Of a stretch of DNA of 32,000 nucleotides, positions 30,920-32,000 are shown in pieces (position 1 is the stretch's first letter; each line of letters starts with the position of its first letter). The translations under genes were made by a program, and so were the position numbers. Source of the stretch: Archaeoglobus fulgidus DSM 4304 (GTDB lineage Archaea > Halobacteriota > Archaeoglobi > Archaeoglobales > Archaeoglobaceae); assembly GCF_000008665.1 (NCBI RefSeq), contig NC_000917.1:1470001-1502000 (forward strand). The letters run 5' to 3'. The notes under the pieces are model-generated. The model saw only the letters and a program-made list of their open reading frames with translations. It searched no databases and was not told the DNA's origin.

Positions 30920-32000
30920 ATGTACTGGAACCCTGCCATTGAGAGGCTAAATGCCAAGGAGCTTGAGGAGATACAGGAGCGCAAGCTCAAGGCCTTGGTA
31001 AGCACAGTCTATCAGTATTCCCCCTTCTATCGCCAGAGGTTCAGGGAGGCTGGAGTAACACCTGACGACATCAAAAGTCTGAACGATTTGCCCAAGCTGC
31101 CCTTCACGAAGAAGCAGGATTTGAGGGACACCTATCCCTTCGGAATGTTCTGCGTTCCGCTATCTCAGGTTGTGAGATTTCACGCTTCAAGCGGAACAAC
31201 TGGCAAGCCAACGGTTGTGGGGTACACTGCCAACGACATTCGCAACTGGGTTGAGAGCCTTTGCAGGGCTCTTGTTAGCTGCGGTGTGAGCAGCGACGAC
31301 ATAATGCAGATTGCCTACGGTTATGGGCTCTTCACAGGCGGTTTGGGCTTTCACTACGCTGCGGAAAGGCTTGGTGCTACTGTTTTGCCAATCTCAGCCG
31401 GAAACACTGCAAGGCAGATTGAGCTGATGAAGGATTTGGGCAGCACGGTTATGGCGTGCACGCCCTCTTACATGATTTACCTCGCTGAGTATGCGTCGCA
31501 GATGGGTGTTGACATCGCCGAGGACACGAATCTGAGGGCTGGGATTTTTGGAGCGGAGCCGTGGAGTGAGGAGACGAGAAAGAGGATTGAGGATAAGACC
31601 GGAATTACCGCATACGATGTTTACGGCACATCAGAGCTAAGTGGCCCCCTGTTCACGGAATGCACTGAGAGGCAGGGGCTGCACATCTGGGCTGACATGT
31701 TCCTGATAGAGATAATCGACCCCAAGACAGGGGAGCAGGTTGGTGAGGGAGAGAAGGGAGAGCTTGTTGTTACAACGCTAACGAAGGAGGCTTTACCGCT
31801 GATAAGGTGGAGGACTGGGGACATAACCTACATGGAGACCGACAAGTGCGCTTGCGGGAGAACTCATCCGAGGATAATGCGCATCCTTGGAAGAGCGGAC
31901 GACATGCTGATTATAAGAGGTGTCAACGTCTTCCCGAGCCAGATTGAGCACGTCCTTATGCAGATTCCGGAAGTGGGGGAGCACTACATGATAATCGTTG
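30920..32000 (+). CDS. paaK: Phenylacetate-CoA ligase family adenylate-forming enzyme (3' end beyond the window)
   Basis: Absent from the ORF track because no stop codon is reached. Manual translation from ATG 30920 gives [27 protein letters not shown]...[18 protein letters not shown]...YGTSE..., which is the PaaK/AMP-binding signature. Confidence 0.85.
   Translation, partial: MYWNPAIERLNAKELEEIQERKLKALVSTVYQYSPFYRQRFREAGVTPDDIKSLNDLPKLPFTKKQDLRDTYPFGMFCVPLSQVVRFHASSGTTGKPTVVGYTANDIRNWVESLCRALVSCGVSSDDIMQIAYGYGLFTGGLGFHYAAERLGATVLPISAGNTARQIELMKDLGSTVMACTPSYMIYLAEYASQMGVDIAEDTNLRAGIFGAEPWSEETRKRIEDKTGITAYDVYGTSELSGPLFTECTERQGLHIWADMFLIEIIDPKTGEQVGEGEKGELVVTTLTKEALPLIRWRTGDITYMETDKCACGRTHPRIMRILGRADDMLIIRGVNVFPSQIEHVLMQIPEVGEHYMIIV

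Noticed and set aside
1-32000. Scan for CRISPR arrays, tRNA/rRNA genes, IS elements, integrases and prophage or defence-island hallmarks
   Set aside because: I saw no regularly spaced direct repeats and no GC-rich structured intergenic segments; all spacers are short and AT-rich. I also saw no transposase- or integrase-like ORFs and no terminal inverted repeats. The TasA-like block is flanked by ordinary genes rather than mobility genes.

Overview
Dense archaeal chromosomal window with about 34 genes. Gene content and several protein sequences (sat-ORF-aprBA, an OCD-family alanine dehydrogenase, FwdBD, archaeal CoA genes) point to an Archaeoglobus fulgidus-like sulfate reducer. Left third (1-12.1 kb, mostly + strand) holds the RuBisCO-like 3' end, a PAS histidine kinase, rubrerythrin, enoyl-CoA hydratase and hisS. 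It continues with a short UbiD-family decarboxylase, then a translationally coupled block of 8x[4Fe-4S] polyferredoxin, coaBC, pantoate kinase and C-N hydrolase, then a UbiA prenyltransferase and a stand-alone Fe-S protein/fwdB/fwdD trio. Middle third (12.1-22.4 kb, all - strand) is the unusual part. It starts with a very large secreted S8 protease split by a frameshift at a G6 tract. Next comes an eight-gene, overlap-coupled operon encoding four TasA/camelysin-like secreted proteins, a fifth small protein with the same SipW-type signal motif, two S26B (SipW/Sec11-type) signal peptidases and a bitopic membrane protein. Two small winged-helix regulators lie upstream, and one of them shares a 33-bp promoter module with the operon. 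I read this as a candidate, apparently uncharacterised, archaeal extracellular fibre or biofilm-matrix assembly system. Right third (22.4-32 kb) holds class II ribonucleotide reductase, alanine dehydrogenase, a Dph6-like PP-loop ATPase, the dissimilatory sulfate-activation operon sat-ORF2-aprB-aprA, and a truncated paaK. I found no rRNA, tRNA, CRISPR array, transposase or integrase. All calls rest on reading the translated ORFs and the DNA by eye; no database search was run.
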